From NCBI GenBank assembly GCA_028534125.1, contig CM052832.1, positions 14,758,001 through 14,822,000 on the forward strand: DNA of 64,000 nt, in the 5' to 3' direction. The notes under the pieces were generated by a model that was given only the letters and a program-made list of their open reading frames with translations, did no database searches and was not told the DNA's origin. Source of the stretch: Lama glama. Its lineage: Eukaryota. Position numbers and translations under genes: made by a program. Shown here one piece after another: positions 37,453 to 49,968 of the stretch; the stretch's first letter is position 1, and each line of letters starts with the position of its first letter.

Positions 37453-37739
37453 GTGAGCCCTTCCTCACACTCACCGCTGTAAGGGGGGCCTGGGTCAGCT
37501 GAAGTCACTGGGAGGAACAGGGGCACCACCTGGTGCACTCAGGTCACCCCTGGCCTAACCACAGGCAGCCCCAGGGATGCCGGTTCTTTGACACATACAG
37601 TCAGCCCGTAACACACAGCAGCTGGGAGCCTGGGCTGGAAGGTTTCCCACCCTCTCTGTGCTCCAGATGCACCAGCCCAGTGTCCCCAGTTGGTAGGTAC
37701 TGGATGGAGTAAATTCAAGCTCTACACCATCTGGCCCAC

Positions 37740-38190
37740 CATCTCCTCTCAGACTTGTCTCCGTTCTCCCCTCATTCACTCTGCTTCCACCACAACTGCC
37801 TTATTGCTCTTCCCACAACGCTTACACCTCAGGACCTTTGCACCTGTTGGTTCCTAAACTCAGAACACTCTTCCTCCAAATATCTGCTTGGCTCACCCCT
37901 CACCTCCTTTAGGTCTTGACTCAAATGGCACATCTTGATGAGGCCTTTCCTGACCCCTCTATTGAACCTGCTGCCCATACCTCCACCCCTTATTCCTCCA
38001 ACCTGTTTTATTTCTCCCGTAGCACCCACCGCCTGATATGCTGCATGTTTTATTTATTGGTCTTATTTACTATCTGTCTCTCTCAAAGGAATGTACAAGC
38101 CCCAAGGGCAGGGATTTTCATTTGTTTTGTTCACTGCTGCATCCCCAGCTCCTAGGGTGGTACCTTGTACATAAGAGATGCCTGAACAAT
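37740..38190 (+). mobile_element. LINE-2 (L2) fragment in SPDEF intron 2
   Basis: acctcaggacctttgcacctg...cacctcctttaggtcttgactcaaatg...agggcagggattttcatttgttttgttcactgctgcatccccagctcctag. Confidence 0.75.
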
Positions 38191-39477
38191 AACTTAATAC
38201 GTCAGGCCCTGTTCTGGCATTGGGGAATTGAGTATGAACACAACACAAAAGCCCCTTTGTTTATGAAGCTGACATTATGGTGACGAAACAGATCATAAAT
38301 AAATAGCCTAGAGAGTCATTGGTCCAGTGGGGGCGAGGGCTGTGGTGGTCACATCAGGAGCACAGGTTGCCAGGGCCTGGGAAGTGTGGTTAGGGAGCTG
38401 GACGAGGGGCTCCTGGCCTCCTGTCCCCTGTCTCTCCATCATCTCTCTAGCTTTAGGCAGGCCTGACCCATCTCCTTGGCATTTGAGCATCCCACACAGG
38501 AAGGGTCTTTGGGCGTCCCTCGGGTCCAGCACCTCCTCCGCAAAGTCCCAGCTGGTGTCCCCTCTTGAGGTAGCTCCCGCCCATGCCCCAGTCCTCCAGT
38601 TGCTCAGTGCCCAAGCCAGTCCCCGCCCTGAGAGGTTTTCCCACGGTGCCTCTGCTCCCACATCGAGCGGGGCAGGGCCCTGCCCACTGAACAATGGGGA
38701 CAGAAACAAATTGCTTTGACCCTGAGGAGGAAAATGGGTTTATTAAGTGGGGGCAGCCCAGCCTGGAGGTCACCCAGCCTGGGCACCAGCTTAGACCACA
38801 GTGTTCACTTGGAGGCCCCATTGTGTCTGTGCCCATGGGCTCACCCCAGAGCAGCTCCCCAAGGAGACATCTAGGACCTCACCAGTGACTCCCCTCCCGG
38901 CCTCTGCCCTGTGACCACCCTGGGCCCTGCCATTTATCCATTCAGTGCACATGCACTGAGCAGTACCAGGCCCCAGCCCTTCGTTAGGTGCTGGACAAAG
39001 GGATGGAACTCTATGTGTCCAGTTTCCTCATCTGTAAAATAAAGTGTTGGGTGGGGTTGAACTTTGTAGGACTAATTCCTGGTTGGGTTTTTGCATAGTT
39101 CCTTGAGGGGTTCAAGGAAGGCAAGACACATCTGGGAGAGAAGCTTAGGTGTTTTTGACTCAATGTCACTGTCCCTTCCAGGGCTGGGGCTCCTCAAAAG
39201 GCTCTTTGGAGGGGCTAGAGGGGTCTGGGACACCTGAAGTCCAGGTAAGAGGAGGGTAGGGGTGAAATGAGCAATGCTTGCTGGTCCTTCCTCTCTCCCC
39301 GCCTCTCTTCTTGGATATCCTCTCCACAGGGCCCCTGAAGGCCCTATCTGGCCTGGCCTGGCCCCACCAAAGGAGTGCATGGTCCCAGGCCACCAGTTAG
39401 AGTGGGTCAGAGTAGAGTGAGCCATGTTTGGGGTGGTGCCAAGCAGCTCTGGAGCTGAAGGAGTGTCTCTTGCCCAG

Positions 39478-39675
39478 ACCCCGTGGACTGGAGCCCTGGC
39501 AACGTGCAGAAGTGGCTCCTGTGGACGGAGCACCAGTACCGGCTGCCCCCCGTGGGCAAGGCCTTCCAGGAGCTGGGTGGCAAGGAGCTGTGTGCCATGT
39601 CGGAGGAGCAGTTTCGTCAGCGCTCACCCCTGGGTGGGGACGTGCTGCACGCCCATCTGGACATCTGGAAATCAG
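39478..39675 (+). CDS. SPDEF: SPDEF exon 3: PNT/SAM domain (DPVDWSPGNVQKWLLWTEHQYRL...HAHLDIWKS)
   Basis: tgcccag|AC acceptor and CAG|GTGGGA donor; 198 nt, phase 1-1; pointed-domain signature. Confidence 0.97.
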
Positions 39676-39999
39676 GTGGGACATGGCGTGGGGGGAGCAG
39701 CCCCTCCAGGGCTCCAGGCTAGAGACATAGTGGGGAATGGTGAGGCCAGGGTTCCTTCCCCGGAGTCCACTGAAGAAGCAGCCCCTTGTCTCAGTCTGGG
39801 CTCTGTTCTGAATCCCAGCCCCCAATACAACTGCCCTCTGGATCCTGGAGGAACTCACAAGCCCCAACCCACTTCCCACCCTAGTCAAGGCCGCAGAGCG
39901 TAGGACGGCACACATGGGGAGTTAAAAGGTAGAAGTTAGACTGTGAGGACATGGGACATCAGAGCTGACAGAGACCATGGATGCTCTGAAGTCCTGTTT

Positions 40000-40360
40000 C
40001 TTTGTTCTTTTAAATTTTTTGTGTTTGTTTTGTGTGGTCTTTCATTAAAGAATTAATGAGGTAACAAATGTACAGGATTTTTAAAAAATTGTGAAAAACA
40101 GTACAGCATGAGGAGCGATCCTCCCTCCCACTGACCTCCAGCCCTCCAATCCCCCTCCCTAGAGGCAACCACTGTTGCCAGTTTCTTGGGTACCTTGCCA
40201 AGGAAAGTCTATGCATATACAAGCAAGTGTAAGTGTGACCTCTACCTTTTTCTAACAGGAAGAGTACAGAGTATCACCGTTCTGTACTTAACAGTGTATC
40301 TTGGATCTTGTTCTCCACTAGTGTATACATAGCTGCCCTATTTTTGATGGCTGCATGCCA
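40000..40360 (-). mobile_element. Ancient L1 (L1ME-like) 3' fragment in SPDEF intron 3
   Basis: ctagaggcaaccactgttgccagtttcttgggtaccttgcca...ctgtacttaacagtgtatcttggatc, typical of antisense L1ME 3' UTR. Confidence 0.55.
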
Positions 40361-41091
40361 ACCCCTTCATATTTACATCTTCTCAGTCTCATTGGGTGCC
40401 CAGTGTGCCCTGCACAGAGCCATGGGCTTTGGAGGACTCAGTCCTTGCTTGATGAGTCAAGGGCCCTGCCCCTCGGGGTCAGGATGAATACGAGGACAGG
40501 TCCCACTCTCATGGCCCAGTCAGACCAATATCCTACCCCAATCCAGGCCCCTTGCCAGGGGCTGGCAAGGACAGTGGACAGTGCCAGGCTGAGAGCTGAG
40601 TGGTGATGTGGGCAGAGCCTGTTTGCCTCCATGCCCCCCTACTACTTGGTCTGGGGAGGGGGCCAGGTGGAGAACAGGAGGGGATGGAAGGAAGTGTTTG
40701 GAGGGCTTGGCGGCTGGAGGGCAGGGAGCATTTTTATTATGCTGGGCACTGAGCAAGGCAGGGTGCCGACGTCATCATTCTGCATCCTTGTAAGACCTGT
40801 GAGAGGCTGTCCCAGTCTCATTTCACAGGTGACAAAAGGAAGGCAGGGCAAGGTTCGACTTCTGTTCTCCTCTCTGAACAAGAAGCTGCATGCAGGGCCT
40901 CTAAAGCCCCACTTAGCTCTGAAATCCTAAATTTTCTTGCAGGAAGCAGTTCTGTAAACAGCTTCTCTTCCCACATTGTCAGGAGGGAGGGAGCCACAGG
41001 GGGGCATCTACGGCCCCATAGTCCCACCTAAATGCCCTCCTCATCCCTTGGGGTCTCATTGAGTCCCCAGCTTCCTCTCCTTGTCCCACAG

Positions 41092-41139
41092 CGGCCTGGA
41101 TGAAAGAGAGGACCTCCCCGGGGGCGATTCACTACTGTG
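41092..41139 (+). CDS. SPDEF: SPDEF exon 4 (AAWMKERTSPGAIHYC)
   Basis: cccacag|CG acceptor and GTG|GTGAGC donor; 48 nt, in frame with the neighbouring exons. Confidence 0.95.
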
Positions 41140-41250
41140 GTGAGCCGGGCAGGGTGGGGAGGTGGCCGGGGCTCTGGGTCTGGGGGTGAGGAGGGGTGGC
41201 CGCTGAAGAGAGGGGCTCCCCACTCACCGCCACCCTTCCTGGCTACCCAG

Positions 41251-41397
41251 CCTCGACCAGCGAGGAGAGCTGGACTGACAGCGAGGTTGACTCATCCTGC
41301 TCCGGGCAGCCCATCCACCTGTGGCAGTTTCTTAAGGAACTGCTGCTGAAGCCCCACAGCTACGGCCGCTTCATCCGTTGGCTGAACAAGGAGAAGG
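41251..41397 (+). CDS. SPDEF: SPDEF exon 5: start of the ETS domain (…QPIHLWQFLKELLLKPHSYGRFIRWLNKEK)
   Basis: ctacccag|CC acceptor and AGG|GTGAGC donor; 147 nt; LWQFL ETS signature. Confidence 0.97.
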
Positions 41398-41702
41398 GTG
41401 AGCGGTGGGTGGGGAAGGAGGCGGCTGGAGGCTGTGGTCCCACCAGGCATTGGGCACAGGAGGGGCTGGGGGCGGGGCAGGGAGGTGGACCTGCCCTACC
41501 TTTGCCCTGAATGCTCACATGCATTCATTGGACCTGCCCAGATCTGCGTGCCATCTGTGTCCACATCTGTCCCCTGGCTGGGCTCTGCCTGTTGAGGGTC
41601 CCCAGCGCCACACAGTGCCTGGGACATAGCAGGGGCTTAAAACTGTGCTAAGAATGGGACACAGTCTTTACCCTCAAAACATCATAGCTTCACTGTGGAG
41701 AC

Positions 41703-42000
41703 GTGGTGTCCAGTGAGACATACAGTGCGAGCCACATGGGCGATATTAGAGTTTTGAGCAGCCACAATTAAAAATATTTTTAAACAGATGAATTTAATTT
41801 TAATAATGCTTTTATTTAATCCATTTTATAAATTAGTATAATTTCGTATAATCAATATAAAATTATTAATGAGCTATTTTACTAAGCCTTCAAAGTCTGG
41901 CATTTATTTTATGCTTATAGCACGTCTCAGTTGGGACTGGCCACATTTCAAGGGCTTAAGAGCCACATGTGGTTAGTGGCTACCACATTGGACAGCTCAG
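41703..42000. mobile_element. MER3/MER33-like hAT-Charlie transposon (AT-rich island in SPDEF intron 5)
   Basis: Ends tgtccagt...attggacagc, with internal gccacatttcaagggcttaagagccacatgtggttagtggctaccac. Sharply AT-rich relative to its flanks. Confidence 0.7.
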
Positions 42001-43212
42001 GACTGGATGGTGGGTGGGTGTGTGTTTTGGAAAAGACTCAGAGCTAAGAAACCTGGGTTCTAGGCCTCATCCTGCCATTAGTAGCTGTGCATGCCTGGAC
42101 CCAGTCTTTTTATCTGCAAAATGGACTAGATTTATTCATCTGACAGATCTTCATTGAGCACCTCCTCTGGTTCCACACTTGTTCTGCTGACATTTACAGA
42201 GAATTACAGTGTTCCCAGGGGGTAGGGAGAACTCAGCGGCACCCCATCTGTGGGGGCAGCTGTGTGCAGGTCCACAGTGGACTGACTCTGGGGCTGAGTA
42301 TAGAGCACTAGAAGGGGTCAGGGTGGGTGGAGGAGATGTTCCTGTGCAAGATGTGGTGATCCTGTGTGTGTGGTTGAGACTTAGAGTGAACTGGTCCTCC
42401 AGGGAGATGGTCCCATAATAGAGGGAAGGGAGATCAGGGAGGGTGAGATGGTCTGGGAAGTCAGCCTGGAGGGGGCTGTGCTGACCTGGGCTTTGCCAGG
42501 AGGTTTAGAATAAGAACTCGGGCTATTAAAGAAGACACAATAGCTCTAAGCACTTTCTGTAACCACTCAACAATGTGACGGTCAGTACAATGCTCTCTTA
42601 CTGACAAGACAAAGGGGCCTCAGATAACTTCTGAAGGTAGAAAAATGGCAGAGCCAGGATTCCCACCCAGGTCAGCCTGGCTCCAAATCCACTCTGTCCT
42701 CCATCTCCTATGAATTAATCCTGCCAGAAAGAGCTGTGTGGGCTGAAGTATCTGAATGGCAAAGAGGTCTTTCAGGCTCAGGTACTACAAAGGTGAAGGT
42801 GGTGGGGTGGGCAGGGATGACCTAGCCAAAGGAGCCGTGTCCACAGCCCGGAGCCCTGCAGGGCTTCTGCGTAGGGTGTGAAGAGCCCACACTGAGGAGC
42901 TGAGGCAGGGAAGAGCCGGGCCCTTAGGGCACCAAGTAACCCACCAATGTACACAAAGGCTCACCCTGGACCCTTGTGATGCCATGGATGTATTTTCCAT
43001 TTTCTGGGCCCTGTGGCACTCTTTGGGCACATTTCTTTCACCTTCCCCACAACCATGGGAGAACGTACCGTGGTCCCACCACCTGGCCCCGGCCTCAGGC
43101 CAACTCAGGCTCCATGGCTCTTCGAGAGACTGACCTGCTGGTCTTGGTCTTTCTCCCTCCTGCTGCCCCACCTTGGGCCACTGGCTCTCTCTGGGCCCTC
43201 CTGCTCCCCTAG

Positions 43213-43391
43213 GCATCTTCAAAATTGAGGACTCCGCCCAGGTGGCCCGGCTCTGGGGTATCCGCAAGAACCGTCCTGCCATGAACTACGACAAGCTGAG
43301 CCGCTCCATCCGCCAGTATTACAAGAAGGGCATCATCCGGAAGCCGGACATCTCCCAGCGCCTGGTCTATCAGTTTGTGCACCCCATCTGA
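43213..43391 (+). CDS. SPDEF: SPDEF exon 6 coding part: ETS domain C-terminus ([40 protein letters not shown]…FVHPI*)
   Basis: cccctag|GC acceptor; [17 protein letters not shown] helix; 179 nt. The five exons total 1008 nt = 335 codons plus stop. Confidence 0.98.
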
Positions 43392-43868
43392 GGGCTGTGG
43401 TCCAGGCCCGAGGCCTGAAACTCACCCTCACCAGACCTCCCTCCTGCCTGCCCTGCCTGGGCCAGACCCTGAGCCAGGGGAGAGGGCGGTCTGCTGGCAT
43501 CCAGGGTTCAAGGTCAGGCAGGGGATGGTCCACAGCTCCCAGGGGTATAAGTGAGTTCTCTGGGGCCTGAGGGATTCCCAGGGTGGGGTGCTTCCTCCTC
43601 AGGCCTGACTGCTCCTGTACCCAGTCCACCAGAGGATGGAGGGAGCCAGGGCTGCCCTCAGTGTTCACAGCTCCCCAGGGAAGGCTCTCCTTCCACCTCA
43701 GCCTCTGACCCCAGAATTTCCAGAGCAGAGTTGACAGAATGGCAGTGACTTGGCCAAGGCCTCTAGCAGTCCAGTGCTCTCTGCCACCCATTCTGCACCC
43801 GTCTGGCATGGAGCCGGGGGATGTCTGCACCCTTAAGCTGGGAAGCCAGAGGTACCCTGGGAATGGAT

Positions 43869-43874
43869 AATAAA
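43869..43874 (+). terminator. SPDEF: SPDEF poly(A) signal AATAAA
   Basis: First AATAAA ~480 nt after the stop, followed by GU-rich gtgtcctgaagtgtgtgg. Confidence 0.8.
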
Positions 43875-45648
43875 GATACTAGAGAACTGACATGGCCCCA
43901 GTGTCCTGAAGTGTGTGGCACGCCCGGAGGCCATCAGTGCTCGAAGTGGCTGTGGTCACAGGGGCCTGGGGTGGTCAAAGGAGGCTGCTTGAGGGAGACG
44001 ACATTGAAGCGAGCCTAAAAGGAAAGGGATAATTGATTGGTAGATGCTGTGGGAGAGAGACGGTGAGTCCTCAAGGCCAATAAAGGGCTGGGATGACCCT
44101 CCCCTGACCCTGGTGTGGGCTGAAAGGAGGGGCGTGGGCTGGAGCTGAAGAGGGTCTATGGTAGGACTGGAGAGAAGGTGGCATCCTTCCCACCTGGCTC
44201 TGCTGAGGATCAGGACTTTCCCCTGGGGTGGGCCAGGGGCTGACCCTCCTGAGAGGGGGCCCACAGCCCTGATCTCTGCTTGGCCAGCTGAGGGGGGGTC
44301 TGGGATGGGGCTGCAGGGCCTTGGAAGGGAGGGGGGTGCTTCAGTGCCCCTCCTGGGACAGTGGCTCTGCAACGAGCAGTGTGGGAGAGAGGCTGGCTTG
44401 TGGGCAATTTCTCTGTCTTGAGGGAAACCACAGACTTCATCAGTGCCCCTGGGGCTGTGAGCCCCATGAGTGGGAAGTGAGGGGTGAGAGCTCACGATGG
44501 GAAAAGGGTGTGGGTCAAAGTGTTTGTGCGCTGGGGAAGACGGAACCTACTGGCCCCTCCCCTGGGCAAAGCAACTCACTGTTTCCTTGTGCTCCCTCAC
44601 ATGTGTTCATCCAGCTCACGTGTCCTGAGGGCCGACTAGGTGCTGGGCGCTTCCACCACCTCCACTGCTTCCACTGGGTGCTTCCACTGCTTTTTTGTCA
44701 TTAACTTTCCCAACAAAACTATGAGATAAAAGCTCTCCTCCTCCAAATTTGGCAACTGAGGCTCAGAGCAGTTAAATCACTTGCTCACAGCCACACAGCC
44801 AATCAGTGGCAGAAATAGGAACTGAACCCACAAGGACAGGGCTCTCTCTGCCCCTCCAGGCCTCCTGCTTCATCAGCGTCCTTAGCCTCTGTAATCCTTA
44901 GCTTCTGATGACAGGCTTCCTGGAGACAGGACGGGGAGCCAGCAATGCCACCCAGACCACTAAGGGTTAAATGCTGCCCCATACTGCACCTTCTGCCCTC
45001 AGCAATTTTATTGTCTCCAGAAGAAAGTTTACTCCTGGCAGTGAGCAAACAGCACCTTGGCATCTGTCAGCTGGGAATGTACGGGTAGGAGGAGGGGGCC
45101 TGCCCTAGGCTGGTGCCTTGCTGGGCCCCTGCTGTCTGCCCACCCCCAGGGAGGGGGCAGACTGGGACCCTGGCCAGAACCCAGATCAGCTCTGCTGAAC
45201 TGGTTTTGTCTCCAAGCTGCCCACCCTGGCCCCAGCTGAGTCCCTGGAGTCACCTACTTCGATGTCTCCAGCTGGGCCTGGGCCTGGAGAGGCCTCAGAT
45301 CACAGTCTAGAGCTGGGAGGGAGGTGGTGATGAGGATTAGGGGCTAGGAGTGGAGAGCTGGAGCGGCTCCAGAAAGGGGAGCTGTGGGAGGCTGGGTGGG
45401 GCAGCTCCCTGCCGTGTGGATCTGCCATGAAGCACAGAGGCACACGTCCCTGGCAGGTGCACACCCATCCAGTGACACCTCATGTGCTGGCAGCAAACTT
45501 TGGATTCCTCTTCCCCCTCTGCACACCTCCCTGGCAGAACCCCATCTAGCCTAGGCACTCCCTGATCGCCTTCAGGGGAGCCCACCTCCAGGGCACCACA
45601 CAACCATATGGAACAGCCTACTCAAATAAGACAAGGCAAACTTCTGTC

Positions 45649-45654
45649 TTTATT
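45649..45654 (-). terminator. PACSIN1: Candidate distal PACSIN1 poly(A) signal AATAAA
   Basis: tttatt on +. On - it is followed by U/GU-rich tttgccttgtcttatttg…ggttgtgtgg. Confidence 0.55.
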
Positions 45655-46529
45655 TGAAGAGTCCTCTATTTGGCTAAAACCAGGGGCTTGTCCCTGGGTG
45701 GATCTGGAGGATGAAGACTATGGGGGAGAGAAGAGATTCAGTCCCCACCTGGACCTTTGCTCCCTGCCCTGAGCATGCCCTGAGCTGGGGGAAAGCAGTT
45801 GGGGGCAGGGGACTGCAGTGTGTTTGCCTTGAACAATGGGTTTGTGTCAGGACCCTGCCAGGCTTCCAGGGCCAGAAGGTTCTCAGAGAAACACCTAACC
45901 AGACTGGAGGAGGCTGAGGCCCGACTGGGGACACAGTGAACTGGGACTGGACCTGGGACTCCTGCCCTGCCTCAGAGGAGATCGAGCCGGATTGGGGAGG
46001 CTGGAGCAGGGCTGAGTCTGGCAGATCAGAGTTGGGAGCCCAGAGCCCTGGACCTTCCTTCCCAGGGGTCCCACACAAAAGTGCTGTCAGAGGTCTGACA
46101 GGACAGAGGAAAGTGTAGCATGGCCTCATGTTATACCACAGGAAGCCTGGGACTGTGGACAATCAGAAGCCACAGGACTCAGCAGTCACTTTTAGAATTT
46201 TGCTTTAAAAATTATAACTTATTTGCGATCAAATTCACCCTTGAACCATAAGTTTGGGACCCTGGACGCCCCAGTTCTCCTGGTCATTGCTCATGACTAT
46301 GTACCCAGAACCCTAAAGACCACAGCCTTAGAACCTCAGAGAGCATCTGATGTGATCTTCCCTGTACAGGCAGGACCCGGGGCCCTGGGAGGTGAAGGGA
46401 TCAGCCCTCAGTCCTCCAGCCAGGACAGCACCCAGTCGTGCTGGGCACCACCTCCCCAACAAACAGCCAACCACACGGAACTCTCAGAGGGCTCAAAAGA
46501 CACACAAGACTCAAGATGACAACGTCCAA

Positions 46530-49179
46530 CCAGGTTGACACAGTTTTGGATTTTATCCACAGTCATACAGTAACAACTTATATATATATATATTTGTATT
46601 TATATACCTTTAAATTACACAGTCATGTACAAAACAGGTGCATTGCTGAGACCACAGCACTTCTCAGAGTTTCACAAGTGTTGGACTAATGGAGTTAGGA
46701 AGCCTAGGGTGGCAGACGGCGGGCCGCAGAACGGTGCTTAACTGGGGACAAAACACAGTATTCGCCAAGCCCCATAAGGTGGGCCGCACAGCATCAAGGG
46801 GGGTGGGGGTGGGGGCTACGGGAGGCGGTGAGCATGGCCCCCACACTCGGTGTTGAGTACCCTGACACCAGCACTGACAGGTGGGGCTGGGCCCCTGGGG
46901 CTCAGGGGGACTTCCAGGTGGGAGACCCTCCCACCCTGGTGCCCTGAGGAGCCTGGGGGCTGAGAGAGAGTGGTCCCAGATGGAGTCGTAGAGGTGGTTG
47001 CTCAGAAGGAATGGGGTTTCAAGTCCCTGCCCCAGAGTGGGCAGCTGGAGTGGAGAGGGAGACAGGCCTGGGGTCCAGCCAGGGCCACAGCCCCTACCCA
47101 GGAGCTGGGGAGCCGCTGGCACAGAGAGGGGGGAGCCCAGGCCCCAAGGTGCAGATGTGCCAGCTTTCTGCTTTCCAAGGGTAAGTAGCGAGGGGCAGAG
47201 GCCCCCAGCCCCAACTCCTGCCTGGAGGAGAGGCTGAGGAAGTTTTTATTCTGGAGTTGGGAGGGCTCCAGGCTTCAGAAATCTTGCTTCAGGCTCTGAG
47301 CAGCCGAAGGCACATCTCAGAGGCCCAGAGAGCAGACAGTGACAAGAAAGGGGGTGCTGGGAGTTCGCCTGACCCTGGGAGTGCCATCCTCCCCACCCCA
47401 CCCCCAACTCCCCTGGCCCTGAGGGAGGCCTGCCCCAGCTCAGGCCCCTGAGAATCTGCCAGGATCCTCTGTGCCCACATGCACAGGTCAAGGCCTTGAG
47501 GTGGGGCCTGCAACCTCCTAAGTAGGCTGTTGGAAGCAGCGGGGAGCAAAAGAGGACTGAGGGGTGACAGAGGGGCTGGGGTGTCACACTGTCTTTACCT
47601 GGAGGCCAGGGGGTCTGGTGCTGTAGGAGCAGGCAGGGCGTCTGCAGACCTGAGGCCCAGGAGTAGCATCAGCTGTGAGCAAGTCTCACCTGGTGCTACA
47701 GGAAGTCTCAGGGCCTCATGGGGGAGGTTCCTGAGCGACTCCTCCTCTAGCCATTCCCTTACCTTGTGGGGTCTTGTCCTGCCCTGGCCTGCTTCCCAAG
47801 CACCCCTGCCCGAATCGTATGGGCAAGGCTGGTTGGTACCTGGTACGAATCCCTGGTAATCAGCACCACTCTCTCACCAACCACAGGAAGCGCTCCTGCT
47901 CTCCGGAGGCCCTTGGCCTCCTCCCATCCCCCAAAGTCCTTAAACTGATACCCGGGCTTGGAGAAATGGAGGGGCTGCCAGCAGGAGGGGCTGCCAGGGG
48001 CCAGGGCTGGGGTTGGGGGCGGGGAAGGGACAAGGAATAAAGACATGGCGACTGTCCTGCTCCTGAGGGCCAGGGCTCCTCCCTTTTGCAAACCCAGGCC
48101 TGTCCCATTGGCTGCAGGCTCTCCCCTGCCGCTCCCAGGCTGGTAGTTCCCCTGGGCCCACAGTGTCTCTGCAGGCAGGCCACAGAAGGGGGAAGAAGGA
48201 TGGGAGGCTGGCTTAGCCTAGTGGTTCTAGGGTTTTAGATGGACATGGAGGGAAGGAAGGTGGCTGGGCAATATGTCCTCCTCCCCAGGAAATGGGAGGA
48301 GGCTGCTACTGTTGCTGGCTTTGCCCTGGGCTTTGGGGTCCCTCCCTGCTGCCTGAGGACTTCTGAGAGGGGGCGGGGGTCTCTGTGAGTGACTAAGGGG
48401 TCTAGCTCTGAGGAAGAGCCGATGCCCAACGTGCTGACAGCTGGAAAGAAGGGCCCCAGCAGGGTCTTGCCCCTCAGCTGAGCCTGGTGCTGGGAGGGCC
48501 GAGGGCCTGCTCCCTGTTCACTCAGCCTTCTACCCCCCAGCGACACTGTCACCAACTCCAGCTCACCCCTCTTCGTATCCTGGGGAGCCCAGGGACCCCT
48601 GGAAACCTCTGGGGTAAGAGGGTGACCATCCCTCCTCCAGCCCCACAGCCTTGAGGGGTGAGGCTAGAAGAAGGGCTCCCAGGGGCAAAGTGGAAGACTG
48701 AAGACAGGGAGGACTTTGACAGTTAGGTTTGTGGCAGGGGCGCCAGGGAGGGCAGGAGGAAGAGGTCATAAAACCAGGCTTAGAGACTGGGGGCAGGTGC
48801 TGGCAGCCCGGGGTGGGGACGGGAAGGCTGGGGGACTGAGGCAGGAGAGAGGGTCCAGGAGACATCCCTCAGGGCTCAGGAGACTCTTTGGTGGGATCTG
48901 AAGAGCAGATGTTGTGACGTCGCCGTTGGGCTAAGTCCTAAGACCCCCACCTACCCTGGAGCCATCGCCCCAAGTCCTATCACCCTGGCCTCCAGGCGGC
49001 CCTGCAAATGCTCTGTCTCTTCGTATTTTTTGTTTTGTTCTGTTTTGACTTTTAAAAAAATAAAAGCTTGATCGGAAAATATGTCTGGAACTCTATGGCG
49101 AGGGGAGGAGGACGAGAGTGGGCAGGGAAGGGAGGCGGTGGGTGAGGAGTGAGGGGTGGTGCGGAGGGGAGTGGGGCGG
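46530..49179 (-). other. PACSIN1: PACSIN1 3' UTR (end approximate; may extend to ~45630)
   Basis: Contiguous with the stop codon, no interspersed repeat recognised, and ends in a typical AU-rich terminal block. Confidence 0.65.
46552..46557 (-). terminator. PACSIN1: Candidate main PACSIN1 poly(A) signal (variant GATAAA)
   Basis: Preceded on - by an AU-rich block with several TGTA motifs and followed by GU-rich ttgtcatcttgagtcttgtgtgtctttt. Confidence 0.5.
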
Positions 49180-49326
<147 letters not shown>

Positions 49327-49780
49327 TCAGAGAGGGCTGACCCCCAACCCCACCTGCAGGGTAAGCCCTCCTATACTATTATGCTGGACTGACCCCAATG
49401 CTCCTCCCATTGCCGCCAGAAAGCCCACCCCTTGAGACCAGCCCCAGCCACACCCTGACACCCATGTGTGGCCCAGCTGCCCACCTAATCTGGGTCTCAG
49501 CCCCGCCCCTGAGACCCAGGTCTTAGCTCCAGCTTCGTTTTCCTGGTCCTGTCCTTCCTCCTGGCACCCTCTTCCCTCAGGCCCTGCCCCCAATTCATCT
49601 TCTGGTCCTACTCCATCCTATTCTCAGGTCCAACTCTGCCCCTGGCACCCAGTTGCCACTCTCAGACGCTGCCCTTGCCCTCTAATTCAAGTCTTGGCCC
49701 CAGGGCACAGGTCACCCTCCAGGTCTTGGCCAGGCCCATGTGCCAGGCCCCACCCCATCTACTAGCCCGACCCCTCTTAC

Positions 49781-49968
49781 CAGCCTTGAAGCTGAGCTCA
49801 TCCTGTTCCTGGCCGTCATAGTCATAGAGTGCCCGAACACGCACACCCTTGGCATCATCATCAAAGGGGTTGGAGCCCCCGTTGGCCTCATTACCCCCAA
49901 ATGGATTCCCACTCTCATCATCTGACCACTCGGTGGCATAAGGCTGGCCCCTGTCATAGCTGCTAACA
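49781..49968 (-). CDS. PACSIN1: PACSIN1 exon with two NPF motifs and the SH3 start (…[43 protein letters not shown])
   Basis: tctcag|T acceptor and CTG|GTAAGA donor; 188 nt; ALYDY SH3 motif. Confidence 0.97.

Noticed and set aside
47307..47313. miR-124 7-mer site (GTGCCTT on -) in the PACSIN1 3' UTR
   Set aside because: A single site in a ~2.7-kb GC-rich UTR is compatible with chance, and conservation cannot be assessed here.
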